A DNA stretch of 64,000 nucleotides from Flavobacteriaceae bacterium (GTDB taxonomy: Bacteria > Bacteroidota > Bacteroidia > Flavobacteriales > Flavobacteriaceae), in assembly GCA_027081505.1 (NCBI GenBank), contig JALWKK010000085.1, positions 10,407 through 74,406 of the forward strand, written 5' to 3'. The notes below the pieces were generated by a model that was not told the DNA's origin, searched no databases, and worked only from the letters and a program-made list of their open reading frames with translations. The position numbers and the translations under genes were made by a program. Below, piece by piece: positions 10,808-21,198 of the stretch. Positions within the stretch are counted from its first letter, which is position 1. The number at the start of each line of letters is the position of its first letter.

Positions 10808-11353
10808 TTAAAAAAACAACTCGTTAAATGTTGGGAGTTGTTTGTCTTTTTCTGAAACAATTATATCTTCCTGTGGAAGATGCCAATCTATATTTAAGGT
10901 TGCGTCGTTATAGATAATCCCTCCTTCTGAAGCTTTGTTATAATAATTGTCGCATTTATAACAAAAAATCACTTTTTTTGAAAGTACTGCAAATCCGTGA
11001 GCAAATCCACGCGGGATAAATAATTGGTAGTTATTGCTATCGTCTAATATGATAGAAAAGTGCTTGCCGTAAGTGGGCGAATTTTTTCGTAAATCTACTA
11101 CTACATCCAACACCTTTCCCTGTGCAACACGTACCAATTTGGCTTGCGCCATTTCTCCTTTTTGAAAGTGCAACCCGCGTATTACTCCGTAGGTTGAAAC
11201 AGACTGATTGTCTTGAACAAAATTAACAGATAATCCTGTTACTTCCTTAAAAGTTTTTTGGTTAAATGTTTCGCAGAAAAAACCACGCTTGTCTTTAAAA
11301 ACATTGGGTTTTACAATAAAACAACCTTCAAAGGGTGTGGACTCTGTTTTCAA
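10808..11353 (-). CDS. rfbC: dTDP-4-dehydrorhamnose 3,5-epimerase
   Basis: DKRGFF, FVQDN, RGLHFQ, GFAHGF. Confidence 0.97.
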   Translation of the reverse strand: MKTESTPFEGCFIVKPNVFKDKRGFFCETFNQKTFKEVTGLSVNFVQDNQSVSTYGVIRGLHFQKGEMAQAKLVRVAQGKVLDVVVDLRKNSPTYGKHFSIILDDSNNYQLFIPRGFAHGFAVLSKKVIFCYKCDNYYNKASEGGIIYNDATLNIDWHLPQEDIIVSEKDKQLPTFNELFF

Positions 11354-11365
11354 AATAAAAAGGTT

Positions 11366-12214
11366 TTATATGATGTGTTTTCCGTATCCGCTTTTTAATA
11401 GTGGCACTATTAATTTTTTAAGTTGTTGCTCGTCTATGTATCCCATATCATAAGCTACTTGCTCTATCGCTCCTACTTTTAACCCTTGCCGTTCTTCAAT
11501 TACTTGAACAAATTGTGAGGCTTGCATAAGCGAAGCAAAAGTTCCGGTATCTAACCACGCGGTTCCTTTGTCAAGAATACTAACATTTAGCTTGCCTTGT
11601 TTCAGGTATTCGTTATTTACGTCTGTGATTTCCAGTTCGCCTCTATCGCTTGGTTTAATATTAGATGCTATTTCAACTACAGAATTATCGTAAAAATAAA
11701 TTCCGGGAACGGCAAAATTGGATTTTGGCTTTTGCGGTTTTTCTTCTATAGAAAGTACTTTTCCATTTTGGTCAAATTCTACCACACCGTACCGCTCAGG
11801 GTCTTGCACATGATAGGCATAAATAATTCCTCCGTCGGGATTGTTATTGGCTTGTAAGAGTTGTTTTAAACCGCTTCCGTAAAAAATATTATCTCCCAGA
11901 ATTAGTGCAACTTTATCGTTGCCAATAAAATCTTTTCCTATTATAAATGCTTCGGCTAATCCGTTAGGCGCTTCTTGTACTGCATAACTAAATTTACATC
12001 CTAAATTTTTTCCGTCACCCAATAATTTTTCAAATAATGGAAGGTCTTGTTGAGTGGAGATAATTAAAATTTCTCGTATGCCTGCAGACATTAGTGTAGA
12101 AAGCGGATAGTATATCATTGGTTTATCATATACCGGCATTAATTGCTTACTTACTGCTAAAGTTATGGGATGTAATCGTGTTCCGGAACCTCCGGCTAGT
12201 ACAATTCCTTTCAT
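11366..12214 (-). CDS. rfbA: Glucose-1-phosphate thymidylyltransferase
   Basis: [31 protein letters not shown]. Confidence 0.98.
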   Translation of the reverse strand: MKGIVLAGGSGTRLHPITLAVSKQLMPVYDKPMIYYPLSTLMSAGIREILIISTQQDLPLFEKLLGDGKNLGCKFSYAVQEAPNGLAEAFIIGKDFIGNDKVALILGDNIFYGSGLKQLLQANNNPDGGIIYAYHVQDPERYGVVEFDQNGKVLSIEEKPQKPKSNFAVPGIYFYDNSVVEIASNIKPSDRGELEITDVNNEYLKQGKLNVSILDKGTAWLDTGTFASLMQASQFVQVIEERQGLKVGAIEQVAYDMGYIDEQQLKKLIVPLLKSGYGKHII

Positions 12215-13230
12215 TATAAATTTAATTTTTTAAGATACCACATTACGGTTTTATCTATTCCGGATTCAAAGTTTTCGTCTGCTTTCCAGCCTAATTCGTT
12301 TTCAATTTTAGTAGCATCAATGGCATATCTAAAATCGTGTCCGGGTCTATCGGTAACGTAGGTTATTTGGTCTTTATAAGAGCCGGTTTTTTTTGGTTTT
12401 ACTTTGTCTAAAATTTCACAAATGGTTTTGGCAATATAAATGTTTTCCCGTTCGTTTCTGCCACCTATGTTATAGGTTTCTCCTAGTCTTCCTTTGTCAA
12501 GAGCAAGTTTTATACCTTTGCAATGATCTAAAACATACAGCCAGTCTCTAATGTTTTTTCCGTCTCCGTAAATAGGAATGGGTTCGCCTGAAACCGCTTT
12601 TCTAATAATGGTTGGGATTAGTTTTTCTTTGTGTTGTTTGGGTCCGTAATTGTTGGAACAATTTGTGGTTACTACCGGAAGCCCGTAAGTATGAAAGTAA
12701 CTCCGCACTAAAAAATCGGAAGAGGCTTTAGATGCGCTGTACGGGCTATTGGGCGCATAGGGTGTTTCTTCCGTAAAAAGACCGGTTTTTCCGAGGGTAC
12801 CATACACCTCATCGGTAGAAACGTGTAAAAATTTTGCTTCTTTAAACGCTTCCTTAAAGTCGTTAGGTGCGTTCATCCAAGTTTTATATGCTGCCTGTAA
12901 CAGGTTAAAGGTTCCAACAATATTGGTTTGAATAAAGGCTCCCGGTCCCGTTATAGAGTTATCTACATGGCTTTCTGCAGCAAAATGTACTACCTTGTTA
13001 AATTGGTGTTTGTTAAACAACTCGTTTATTAAGGTTTCGTCACAAATATCTCCTTTTATAAAATGATAATTCGGGTGATTGGAAACCTCTTCGAGGTTTG
13101 TTAAATCTCCGGCATAGGTTAGGTTGTCCAAAACAAAAACCTGGTCGTTGGTGGTTTCAATAATGTAAGGGACGTAATTGGAACCTATAAATCCTGCTCC
13201 TCCTGTTATAAGTACTTTATTGCTTTTCAA
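12214..13230 (-). CDS. rfbB: dTDP-glucose 4,6-dehydratase
   Basis: [35 protein letters not shown]. Confidence 0.98.
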   Translation of the reverse strand: MKSNKVLITGGAGFIGSNYVPYIIETTNDQVFVLDNLTYAGDLTNLEEVSNHPNYHFIKGDICDETLINELFNKHQFNKVVHFAAESHVDNSITGPGAFIQTNIVGTFNLLQAAYKTWMNAPNDFKEAFKEAKFLHVSTDEVYGTLGKTGLFTEETPYAPNSPYSASKASSDFLVRSYFHTYGLPVVTTNCSNNYGPKQHKEKLIPTIIRKAVSGEPIPIYGDGKNIRDWLYVLDHCKGIKLALDKGRLGETYNIGGRNERENIYIAKTICEILDKVKPKKTGSYKDQITYVTDRPGHDFRYAIDATKIENELGWKADENFESGIDKTVMWYLKKLNL

Positions 13231-13239
13231 AATATTAAT

Positions 13240-14913
13240 TTAGGTTAAACTAAAAATGTTTTCAAGTATTTTTTGCGTAATCAAGTATGTGGGTTTTACT
13301 CCGGTTGTACCCAACCCGCCGGATGCCAGAGTGCTTCCGGTTTCCAAAGGGTTATCGGAAGCATAATAAGCATATTGTACTTTTACTTTAGACGGAATAC
13401 TATGCCTTATTTTTGATGCCGATTGTATGGCTTTTTGGTAATGCGCTCCTTCCATTTCCAATCCTATAACATTCCAAGTGGAGTTGTGAAAAAATTCTAA
13501 TATGTCTTTGTTTTGAAGCGATGTGCCCAATACGGTAATCATAGATCCTTTACATACAAAAATATCGTCTTCTTTAAATTGGTCTTTTTTAAGCATGTTT
13601 TTAAACGGGTAATTATCTGCCGTGCCTTCAAAAACATGAGCAGACGGAATCATAATATCACCTTTTCCACCTTCTAAAATTCCGGCTTTTCCCATTATAG
13701 AAACACTTTCTACTTTTAAATATTGTTTGTGGGATCTGTTTTTTGAATACGGTTTCAACAATTCGTCCATCGTTTCAAAAGCTTGTTCTCCAAAGGCGTA
13801 GTCCATAACAATAAGCACCGGATATATTTCTTCTTGCAAGGGGTAGATGGTTTCGGGGAGTTTTTTTGTGTCGATTATTTGTACGTTAATGTTTGCGCCA
13901 CTGGTATCTTGAATGTAGATTAATCCGTTTTTAGCGGCATAATCTATTACTTTTTTTCGCAACGATTTATTAGAAGAATCACTCAGCATTTCATATATCT
14001 CAAAAGGCTTGTGTTTTTTAAACAAGGAAGATAGTGCTTCGGGTGAATAGAGCGTGTTCATAACACTGTGCATATTTGCACTAATTATATGAAGGGGTCT
14101 TTCCAGAAGCTTATTTTTTTCTAAAACTTGTTTAACGTTATAAGCCCATTTTTCGCCGTGAATGTGATGTCCTAACCGCTCTCTTAAAACCGGTGTAAAG
14201 GTTATTATTCTTTTATTGTTTGTTGTTAACTCGTCTATAGCAAGTTTCCCTAAATGGTAAATAATACTTAAAAAACGGTTTTTATTAGTTGGGGATGCAA
14301 ACGATGCGTAAACTTGGTTTAGTTCTTCAAATGTTCTGCCTAAAAAACTAGCCGTGTGGGTTAGGGCAATTTCTTTTTCGGTTTTTGTGAGTTTGTTTCC
14401 TTTTTTTACGGCGTTTTCCAGTTTTTTCCAATCTCTTATAACGTCTTTTCCTTCGTTTATTAACACTTGATTGGCTATTTTGTGAGATTCGATAAACAAA
14501 AAAGTAAGGTGCGTGAGAATATCGTAAATTTCGGAACGTCCTCTGGTTATTTCAATATTCATCTGTTCTTCATCTATCCTATAGCAATTTCTTCTTCTTT
14601 TGGGCGGAATAATAGGTTTAAAATGCGAGTTTTTATATCCTTCGTCGCTTGTAAGGTTAATAAACCTACATTCTTCTATTCCTTCCGGAAGCCTTTCAAT
14701 AACATATAGCAAGCCTTGAAGTTCGGTTTTATCTTCGGCAACCGAGCCATAAATCTCAGGGCGAAGGGTTAATAATGCCTCTCTAAGTGTTTCTCCAGAA
14801 ACTCCCATAGGCTTGTAAAAACCTCTATTAAACAAATGACGCATAGTAATATACATGCGCTCTATTGCTTGTGAACTTTCTTGTGCTCTTGTACGTTTGT
14901 GTGTGTTTACCAT
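13240..14913 (-). CDS. Conserved Bacteroidota hypothetical protein (DUF6909-like)
   Basis: RTRAQES..AIERMYITMRHL N-terminus, GLEMEGAHY; start placed at ATG 14913, downstream of the promoter element. Confidence 0.75.
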   Translation of the reverse strand: MVNTHKRTRAQESSQAIERMYITMRHLFNRGFYKPMGVSGETLREALLTLRPEIYGSVAEDKTELQGLLYVIERLPEGIEECRFINLTSDEGYKNSHFKPIIPPKRRRNCYRIDEEQMNIEITRGRSEIYDILTHLTFLFIESHKIANQVLINEGKDVIRDWKKLENAVKKGNKLTKTEKEIALTHTASFLGRTFEELNQVYASFASPTNKNRFLSIIYHLGKLAIDELTTNNKRIITFTPVLRERLGHHIHGEKWAYNVKQVLEKNKLLERPLHIISANMHSVMNTLYSPEALSSLFKKHKPFEIYEMLSDSSNKSLRKKVIDYAAKNGLIYIQDTSGANINVQIIDTKKLPETIYPLQEEIYPVLIVMDYAFGEQAFETMDELLKPYSKNRSHKQYLKVESVSIMGKAGILEGGKGDIMIPSAHVFEGTADNYPFKNMLKKDQFKEDDIFVCKGSMITVLGTSLQNKDILEFFHNSTWNVIGLEMEGAHYQKAIQSASKIRHSIPSKVKVQYAYYASDNPLETGSTLASGGLGTTGVKPTYLITQKILENIFSLT

Positions 14914-14928
14914 ATTCTTATTTCCGTA

Positions 14929-14936
14929 CAAAGATA
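14929..14936 (-). promoter_or_regulatory. Bacteroidota -7 promoter element TATCTTTG heading the polysaccharide operon
   Basis: Matches TAnnTTTG, 15 nt before ATG 14913. Confidence 0.6.
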
Positions 14937-14977
14937 CAATCTATTTATTATTTATTCGATTGAGGATTGGATTAAGC

Positions 14978-16207
14978 CAGGGCAAACGCACCATAATTTC
15001 TAAAAATACATATAAAAAAGTTTAATTTATATTTTATTTTCATTTAAAATATTTGTATATTATACTGATTATCAATATTATAATACAAATATTATGAACT
15101 TAAAACTTTATGATTTATTAGGGCAAATAGACGACCCTAGACGTGATTTAGGCAAACTTCATCCATTAACCGACATCCTTCTTATTGGTATTCTTTCGGT
15201 TCTTTCAGGAGCAGATACTTGGAATGAAATGGAAGATTATGCCAGAGCAAAAGAAGAATTTTTAAAAACATTTTTGGAATTACCATACGGTATACCTTCT
15301 CACGATACTTTTAATCGGGTTTTTTCAAGCATTGACAGTACTCAATTTGAACAAGTTTTTATGCAATGGGTCGGTTCGTTAGCGGAAATTAAATCGGGAC
15401 AAGTGATTTCTATTGATGGCAAAACAATAAGAGGTGCAAAGCAACACGGTAAAAAATCGCTAATACATATGGTAAGTGCTTGGGCAAATGCTAACAATAT
15501 GGTTTTAGGACAGGTAAAAACCGATGCTAAGTCAAATGAAATAACAGCGATTCCTAAATTGCTTGAAATATTGGAAATAGAAAAAACAATTATTAGCATT
15601 GATGCGATGGGAACTCAAAAGAATATTGCTGACAAAATAATTGAAAAAGGGGCTGATTACATTTTAGCTGTAAAAGAAAATCAACCAAGCTTATTAGAAG
15701 AAATAGTAGATGAATTCAAATTTTATGAACCGGCTTCTGTTGATACAAACGAAGACATAGGGCATGGCAGAATAGAAAAAAGAGTTTGTAGTGTTATTAC
15801 TGATTTTCAATTCATTGAAGATAATAATCAATGGGTGGAATTAAGAAGTATAATAAAAATTGAAAGCACAAGAGAATTCAAAAATAGTGATAGAAAAACA
15901 GAAAAAGCAGTAAGATATTATATTTCAAGTTTAACAAATAATGCGGAAGAATTTCAAAAACAAATACGTTCACATTGGGGTATTGAAAATAAGTTACACT
16001 GGATATTGGATGTAGCATTTAGAGAAGATGCTTCGAGAAAAAGAAAAGATAATGCAGCTCAAAACTTTTCAATACTCAATAAAATAGCTTTAAACCTGTT
16101 GAAAAACGAGAAAACAGCCAAGCTAGGTGTCAAAGGAAAAAGACTTAAAGCAGGTTGGGATAATCAGTATTTACTTAAAGTGTTAAATTTATGATGCGTT
16201 TGCCCTG
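14978..16207 (+). mobile_element. ISAs1-family insertion sequence
   Basis: TIRs CAGGGCAAACGCA(C/T)CATAA at 14978-14996 and 16189-16207; 10-bp TSD TGGATTAAGC at 14968-14977 and 16208-16217. Confidence 0.95.
15094..16194 (+). CDS. ISAs1 family DDE transposase
   Basis: DPR, PSHDTF, IDGK, KSNEITAIP, IDAMGTQ, HGRIE, HWGIENKLHW. Confidence 0.97.
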   Translation: MNLKLYDLLGQIDDPRRDLGKLHPLTDILLIGILSVLSGADTWNEMEDYARAKEEFLKTFLELPYGIPSHDTFNRVFSSIDSTQFEQVFMQWVGSLAEIKSGQVISIDGKTIRGAKQHGKKSLIHMVSAWANANNMVLGQVKTDAKSNEITAIPKLLEILEIEKTIISIDAMGTQKNIADKIIEKGADYILAVKENQPSLLEEIVDEFKFYEPASVDTNEDIGHGRIEKRVCSVITDFQFIEDNNQWVELRSIIKIESTREFKNSDRKTEKAVRYYISSLTNNAEEFQKQIRSHWGIENKLHWILDVAFREDASRKRKDNAAQNFSILNKIALNLLKNEKTAKLGVKGKRLKAGWDNQYLLKVLNL

Positions 16208-16392
16208 TGGATTAAGCTTTATCCGGCAAAGTTTCAAAAGGAAGAAACGAAAAGCAATCTTATAAATTTGGAATTAGGTATTACGTAAAAAATTTTGCTT
16301 TTCAGAAGTTTTTAAAAAAAGGCTTGCTTTTTTTATCTGAAAAAGTAACCTAATTAAAAAGTTTTGACAACCTAAAAGGGAAATCTATGTAA

Positions 16393-17028
16393 TTAATCGA
16401 TAGAATTGAGCTTAATAAAGTTGCGGTTAAGCTTTATAACTCCTTGATTCTCGAGGCTTTTTAACAGCCTTGAAATTACTACTCTAGAGGTGTGGAGTTC
16501 GTAGGCAATTTCTTGATGTGTACTTTTTATGATATTGTCATTTGTAATTGTAGCTTTGTCTTTAAGGTATTTTAATAGTCGTTTATCCATTTTTAAAAAA
16601 GCAATACTGTCTATGGTTTCCAACATTTCCAGTAATCGGTTATGGTAACTGTTAAAAACAAAGTTTCTCCAGCTCTTGAATTTGCCGGTCCACTCTTCCA
16701 TTTTTTCAATAGGAATCATAATTAATTCTGTGTCTAATTCTGCTATGGCACGAATTTCGCTTTTATGATTTCCCATACAGCAAGCTAGTGTCATTGCGCA
16801 AGTATCTCCGCTTTCTAAAAAATAAAGCAATAATTCGTCACCATCGTCGTCGTCGCGCATTATTTTAATTGCACCACTAATAAGTAGTGGCATGGATTTA
16901 ATATATTGCCCAACTTCGATTAGCTTATGCCCTTCGGGAATATCTTTATATGTTCCCACTTGGTTAATTTCCGTAAGCAGTGCATCTTCAAAAAGATGTC
17001 CGTAGCTATTTTTTAATTGTTGAATCAT
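16393..17028 (-). CDS. Crp/Fnr family transcriptional regulator
   Basis: cNMP-like domain plus THQEIAYELHTSRVVISRLL HTH. Confidence 0.93.
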   Translation of the reverse strand: MIQQLKNSYGHLFEDALLTEINQVGTYKDIPEGHKLIEVGQYIKSMPLLISGAIKIMRDDDDGDELLLYFLESGDTCAMTLACCMGNHKSEIRAIAELDTELIMIPIEKMEEWTGKFKSWRNFVFNSYHNRLLEMLETIDSIAFLKMDKRLLKYLKDKATITNDNIIKSTHQEIAYELHTSRVVISRLLKSLENQGVIKLNRNFIKLNSID

Positions 17029-17428
17029 GTTGCGAAGTTACGTTCTTTTTTTTAAAAATGGTTTTTTCGTACTTAACAAAAAAATTAATCCAAATAATTT
17101 TAGATAACGCATACATAAGCGGAGATAATATAACAAGAGAAATTAATATGGCAATAAGTAATTCTCCGGGACCTGCTTCCGGAAAAAAAATCATTTTTAA
17201 TACCCAGACAGCAATAAACAAAGTAACGCCAAGTGCGTAAGTTACATAGTACGACCCGTGATAAAAACTAGGTTCCAGCGAATATTTTAAACCGCATTTA
17301 TCACATTTTTCCTTTACTTCGCCCATTGTAGAAAATTGATAAGGATGTCCTTTATAAAAATCTCCTTCGTGGCAACGAGGGCATTTCATTTTAAAAATAC
17401 TATATAACTTAGTTCCTTTTCCAATCAT
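17006..17428 (-). CDS. DUF983 family protein
   Basis: CPRC...CDKC, EPSFYHGSYYV, two TM; start at ATG 17428. Confidence 0.85.
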   Translation of the reverse strand: MIGKGTKLYSIFKMKCPRCHEGDFYKGHPYQFSTMGEVKEKCDKCGLKYSLEPSFYHGSYYVTYALGVTLFIAVWVLKMIFFPEAGPGELLIAILISLVILSPLMYALSKIIWINFFVKYEKTIFKKKNVTSQHDSTIKK

Positions 17429-17442
17429 ACCTAATGTTTGTG

Positions 17443-17486
17443 CAAAGGTAAAATTATCCAAAAAAGCGCATTGTAACATTGGTTAC
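17443..17486 (-). promoter_or_regulatory. Promoter -7 (TACCTTTG, 17443-17450) with upstream palindrome GTAAC-N4-GTTAC (17473-17486)
   Basis: Both seen directly, upstream of the DUF983-Crp/Fnr pair. Confidence 0.55.
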
Positions 17487-17489
17487 CAA

Positions 17490-17517
17490 AAGAGACTGTT
17501 TCTTAAAACAGCCTCTT
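17490..17517 (-). terminator. Probable intrinsic terminator of the S8 peptidase gene
   Basis: Stem AAGAGGCTGTTT/AAACAGTCTCTT followed by T-run on minus strand, 12 nt after stop. Confidence 0.65.
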
Positions 17518-17529
17518 AAAAAAATAAAA

Positions 17530-20500
17530 CTATCGAATAATTAATTTTTTGGTAATAATTTTGTTTTTGTCTTTAATAATCACAAAATACAATCCTGCAT
17601 CATATCCGGCAATATTTATATACGTATAGTTTGAGTTTGTAAAATTTTTAGCGTTAATTTTCTGTACTTCTTGTCCTAAGCTGTTGTAAATGGATACAAT
17701 AAGATCGGTTGAAAAAGATTGAGACACTGTTAAACGTACACTGTTTGTAGCAGGATTAGGATATAGAGTGAAAGTTTCAACAGAAAAATCTTCCACATTT
17801 AGTACTTCTGCACTTACATTAATATTATCTATAAAAGTGCTATTACCATAACCTGTAATATTAACAAACTTAAAGAGTACATTTTCTCCCTCATAAGCAG
17901 TAAGGTCTATTTCTTCACTTCTCCATTGTGTTGCCGAAGAAGGTGTCCAGATAGATGTTTGATATCCTACTGTAGCTAGGTCTAATCCTGTTTTTTCGTA
18001 AATTGTTGTAAAGGATGTTCCACAATCTGTTGAAATTTCAACCCGAAGCGAATCTGTAAAAGAAGCTGAATATTGAGCTTTAGCTAAATCAAAAGTAAGA
18101 GAAGGATTGGTTACATTTGTAAGGTCAAATATTTCGGTTATAAAACTATCCGCTTGACCGGCGGAATTGTAGCTAAAATTATTAATATAAGAAGTTGTTG
18201 TTGGGCTTCCATCACTTCCTGTTACTCCTGTTCTTTCTATCCAAGTAGTAGCATCATCGGGGTTGTTAATAAACCAACCAGGTGGAGGAAAACCATTTGT
18301 TTCAAAGGTTTCTTCAAAATTCAATGCAGTAGCAGATGTAATAGCATAGAAATTTAAAACTTGTTGGTCATTACTACTGTTTTCATCACCCGCCAAGTTA
18401 ACACTGGTTGTTAATGTATAGGCACCGGATGTTGTTATATTTGCCGGAGTTGAAAAATCAAAAACCATTTGTTGCCCGGATGGAAGTGATGCAGTAAACA
18501 TTTCGGTTACCGGTGGCTCTGCATTTAGTTGATAGGTAACAGAAAAATTGGATTGTGCATTTATTCCTGTATTTCTAATAGTAACAGAGATAATAATGGG
18601 GTCTGCGTTGCAAACCGTGTTAAAATCACCGGGAACATTATTAATTGCTTCTATAGAAACATCGTCAGATAATACACAGTTCACTAAGCCTCCCGGGTGA
18701 AATTGAGCAATTGTTCTTCTACTTTCCCAACCATCGGTGTCGTTTTTGGCAACTATTGCGTACCAAAAAGAATTGTTTGGGTTGGTAATCGGAAGGGTAA
18801 TTGTATTGGTAGTTGTGTTTCCGGCAACTTCCATATACTTGTTTCCAAGCATATATAGGTCATACGATTCTGCACCGGCAATTTCGTCCCAAGAAAAAGT
18901 AACGTAAGTTGGACAAAGTTGTGCAATTTCGAGATTAGAAGGCTGCCTGGCAATTGAAAAAGTTTCGTCACTGACATCACTTAAAGCTCCGCTTGTAACT
19001 CTTATAAGTGCTTCACCCGAAACCGTATTAGGAACTACCCAAGCTGTTGTAAAAGTATTTGAGCCTACGGTGGTAATAGTGTTCCAAGAGACACCATTGT
19101 CGGTTGAATATTCAACTAGAAAATTGTCTGTTGTATTAACTGCATCCCAATGAATGGATTCGGTTTCATTAGGCACAAGGTGTTCACCGGAATTGGGATA
19201 AGTAATCGTAAGGTTTTCGGTAATAAATTCATAAACAATAAAATAGTCTTGTGGCCCTACAGGTACGTTAAATCCGGAAACATCTAAGGTGTAATTTCCT
19301 GCAACAGGGTTATTAATCAATACTTGTTCCATATTGTTTAGGTGATCGACTCCGTTTGTTGCCGGCGAGTTTAAAGCTGTAGAGTTTGGAGTTGAGTCTA
19401 AAACCCAGGGTAAATGAGTTGTTGAAGCCGGATCTGTTACAACCAAATCTAAATCGTTTACTAATGCCGGATTGGCACCGGGAGAAGCAGCTACATCACT
19501 CCAATATAGCATAAATCGAACTTGAGTTGTTCCGGCTGGAACTGCAATGGTATGTGTATTGGTGATTCCCTGCGAAATTTCATCTAGCAAGTATCTACCG
19601 TCTTCAATAAGAATTCCCGCTCGAAGACCATTAACTATTCCCCATCCAAATTTAAAATCGGGTCCTACATTTCCGGCATCATTGGCGGTATTTAATAAAG
19701 TGGCTTTAATTAATGCAGACGGAGGTAATGCTCCGCCATTGGCTTCTGCATAAGCTTGGTATAATTGTGCCGATATTCCGGCAATACCGGGAGCTGCTGC
19801 CGAGGTTCCGCCAAAATTTTGATATCCGTTATTTTCGGTTGTTGAATTTTGGTTTTGACCGTTAGCTGCTATGTCGGGTTTTATTCTTCCGTCATAAGCC
19901 GGTCCTCGACTACTGGTATTTACTAAACTTCCGTCAAAATAAACATTGGCTACAGCGATTACATTTTTTCCTTGTTTGTGTCCTCCGGTGATGTTTCCCC
20001 ACTGGCTACCGGCACCATAACCACAGTTGTTTCCATTGGAGTTGCCACCCGAAAAAACGTGTAAAAGTGTGGGAATGGTGAGCGTTTGGTTATCTACTGT
20101 TTGCGTTATGGTTGTGTATCCGTCGTTACAGCCATTGCTATAAGACGAGTTGGTGATTTGGGCTGTTCCGCCATTAATTAGGTTTTGAGTGGCACTGTCT
20201 AAAAAGTTTGGAGCATAATTAACCACATAGATGTCTGCACCGGCAGCCATTCCTCTCATTGTCGGATTACGATTTCCTGCTCCTGCCATAATTCCGGCAA
20301 CACCGTCTCCGTGATTGGCTAAAGTACCGCCTGCGGCAGTATTGTCTATTCTTCCTTGAAAATCAATATGAGGACCCACAATACCATCATCACGTACCAT
20401 TACTCCAACTCCAACTCCGGTATAGTTTCTTCCGGTTCCCGTTTGTGTGTCCAATCCGTTTGAACGATGCAAACTTCTTCCACGCGTATCATCGGGAACA

Positions 20501-21132
20501 CTCGGTGCTACAATAAGCTCTACCCATTTAACATAAGGTAAGTTAGATAATTCTTCTAAACAATTATCCGGAATTAACAAATCTATATTGTTGCTTCCTT
20601 TGTATTGTTGTTTTACCACAATTTGTTGCTTGGCTAAATCGCTTATAACAAATTCGGGTGAAACAAAATTATGAAATTGTAGCGTTACAAAAATCGTGTT
20701 GCCTTGTTTTGCCCAATTGGGAATTATCTTGTTTCGTAAATCAGACGAAAGTTTAAAGTTTCCTTCAACCGGAACAATAGCGCGTACTCCGTTGTTTTTT
20801 AGAAACGAAATCGAAACATTTTGAGGAAAATAAAATAAATAGGTTTTGTTTGGTATGTATTCCAGCAATTGAAGGTTTTGTGTTCTAAACAAATCCTGAA
20901 TATCTTGTGTTGGGGTTTCATAAAATTGAATCCATCCTATATATCCGTTTTCAAATATTGAAGTTTCGGGCATTTGGCTCCATTGAAATGTGTTGATATT
21001 TTCCGGAATTTCGATACTTTGCTCTTGAATTTGAATGCGATAATCGTTTTGTGAAAATGTAAAGGGTGCAACAAAAAATAATAGCAATAGCCAATATGGT
21101 GTTTTACAATAAGCGAAAGTAAAATTTTTCAT
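17530..21132 (-). CDS. Secreted S8 (subtilisin-like) serine peptidase with T9SS C-terminal sorting domain
   Basis: Signal peptide, triad DDG/HGDGVAG/GGTSAAAP, SSRGP, KPDI, C-terminal LYPNPA...GLYFV...KKLII. Confidence 0.93.
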   Translation of the reverse strand: MKNFTFAYCKTPYWLLLLFFVAPFTFSQNDYRIQIQEQSIEIPENINTFQWSQMPETSIFENGYIGWIQFYETPTQDIQDLFRTQNLQLLEYIPNKTYLFYFPQNVSISFLKNNGVRAIVPVEGNFKLSSDLRNKIIPNWAKQGNTIFVTLQFHNFVSPEFVISDLAKQQIVVKQQYKGSNNIDLLIPDNCLEELSNLPYVKWVELIVAPSVPDDTRGRSLHRSNGLDTQTGTGRNYTGVGVGVMVRDDGIVGPHIDFQGRIDNTAAGGTLANHGDGVAGIMAGAGNRNPTMRGMAAGADIYVVNYAPNFLDSATQNLINGGTAQITNSSYSNGCNDGYTTITQTVDNQTLTIPTLLHVFSGGNSNGNNCGYGAGSQWGNITGGHKQGKNVIAVANVYFDGSLVNTSSRGPAYDGRIKPDIAANGQNQNSTTENNGYQNFGGTSAAAPGIAGISAQLYQAYAEANGGALPPSALIKATLLNTANDAGNVGPDFKFGWGIVNGLRAGILIEDGRYLLDEISQGITNTHTIAVPAGTTQVRFMLYWSDVAASPGANPALVNDLDLVVTDPASTTHLPWVLDSTPNSTALNSPATNGVDHLNNMEQVLINNPVAGNYTLDVSGFNVPVGPQDYFIVYEFITENLTITYPNSGEHLVPNETESIHWDAVNTTDNFLVEYSTDNGVSWNTITTVGSNTFTTAWVVPNTVSGEALIRVTSGALSDVSDETFSIARQPSNLEIAQLCPTYVTFSWDEIAGAESYDLYMLGNKYMEVAGNTTTNTITLPITNPNNSFWYAIVAKNDTDGWESRRTIAQFHPGGLVNCVLSDDVSIEAINNVPGDFNTVCNADPIIISVTIRNTGINAQSNFSVTYQLNAEPPVTEMFTASLPSGQQMVFDFSTPANITTSGAYTLTTSVNLAGDENSSNDQQVLNFYAITSATALNFEETFETNGFPPPGWFINNPDDATTWIERTGVTGSDGSPTTTSYINNFSYNSAGQADSFITEIFDLTNVTNPSLTFDLAKAQYSASFTDSLRVEISTDCGTSFTTIYEKTGLDLATVGYQTSIWTPSSATQWRSEEIDLTAYEGENVLFKFVNITGYGNSTFIDNINVSAEVLNVEDFSVETFTLYPNPATNSVRLTVSQSFSTDLIVSIYNSLGQEVQKINAKNFTNSNYTYINIAGYDAGLYFVIIKDKNKIITKKLIIR

Positions 21133-21198
21133 AGTTAGTTTTTTTTAAAAGAAATTCAAAGATATTCTTTTTTTAATAAGAAAAATGGAGAAAAAATG

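Noticed and set aside
17530-21132. S8 peptidase as part of a defence system
   Set aside because: Signal peptide and T9SS CTD mark it as an ordinary secreted protease; no ATPase partner
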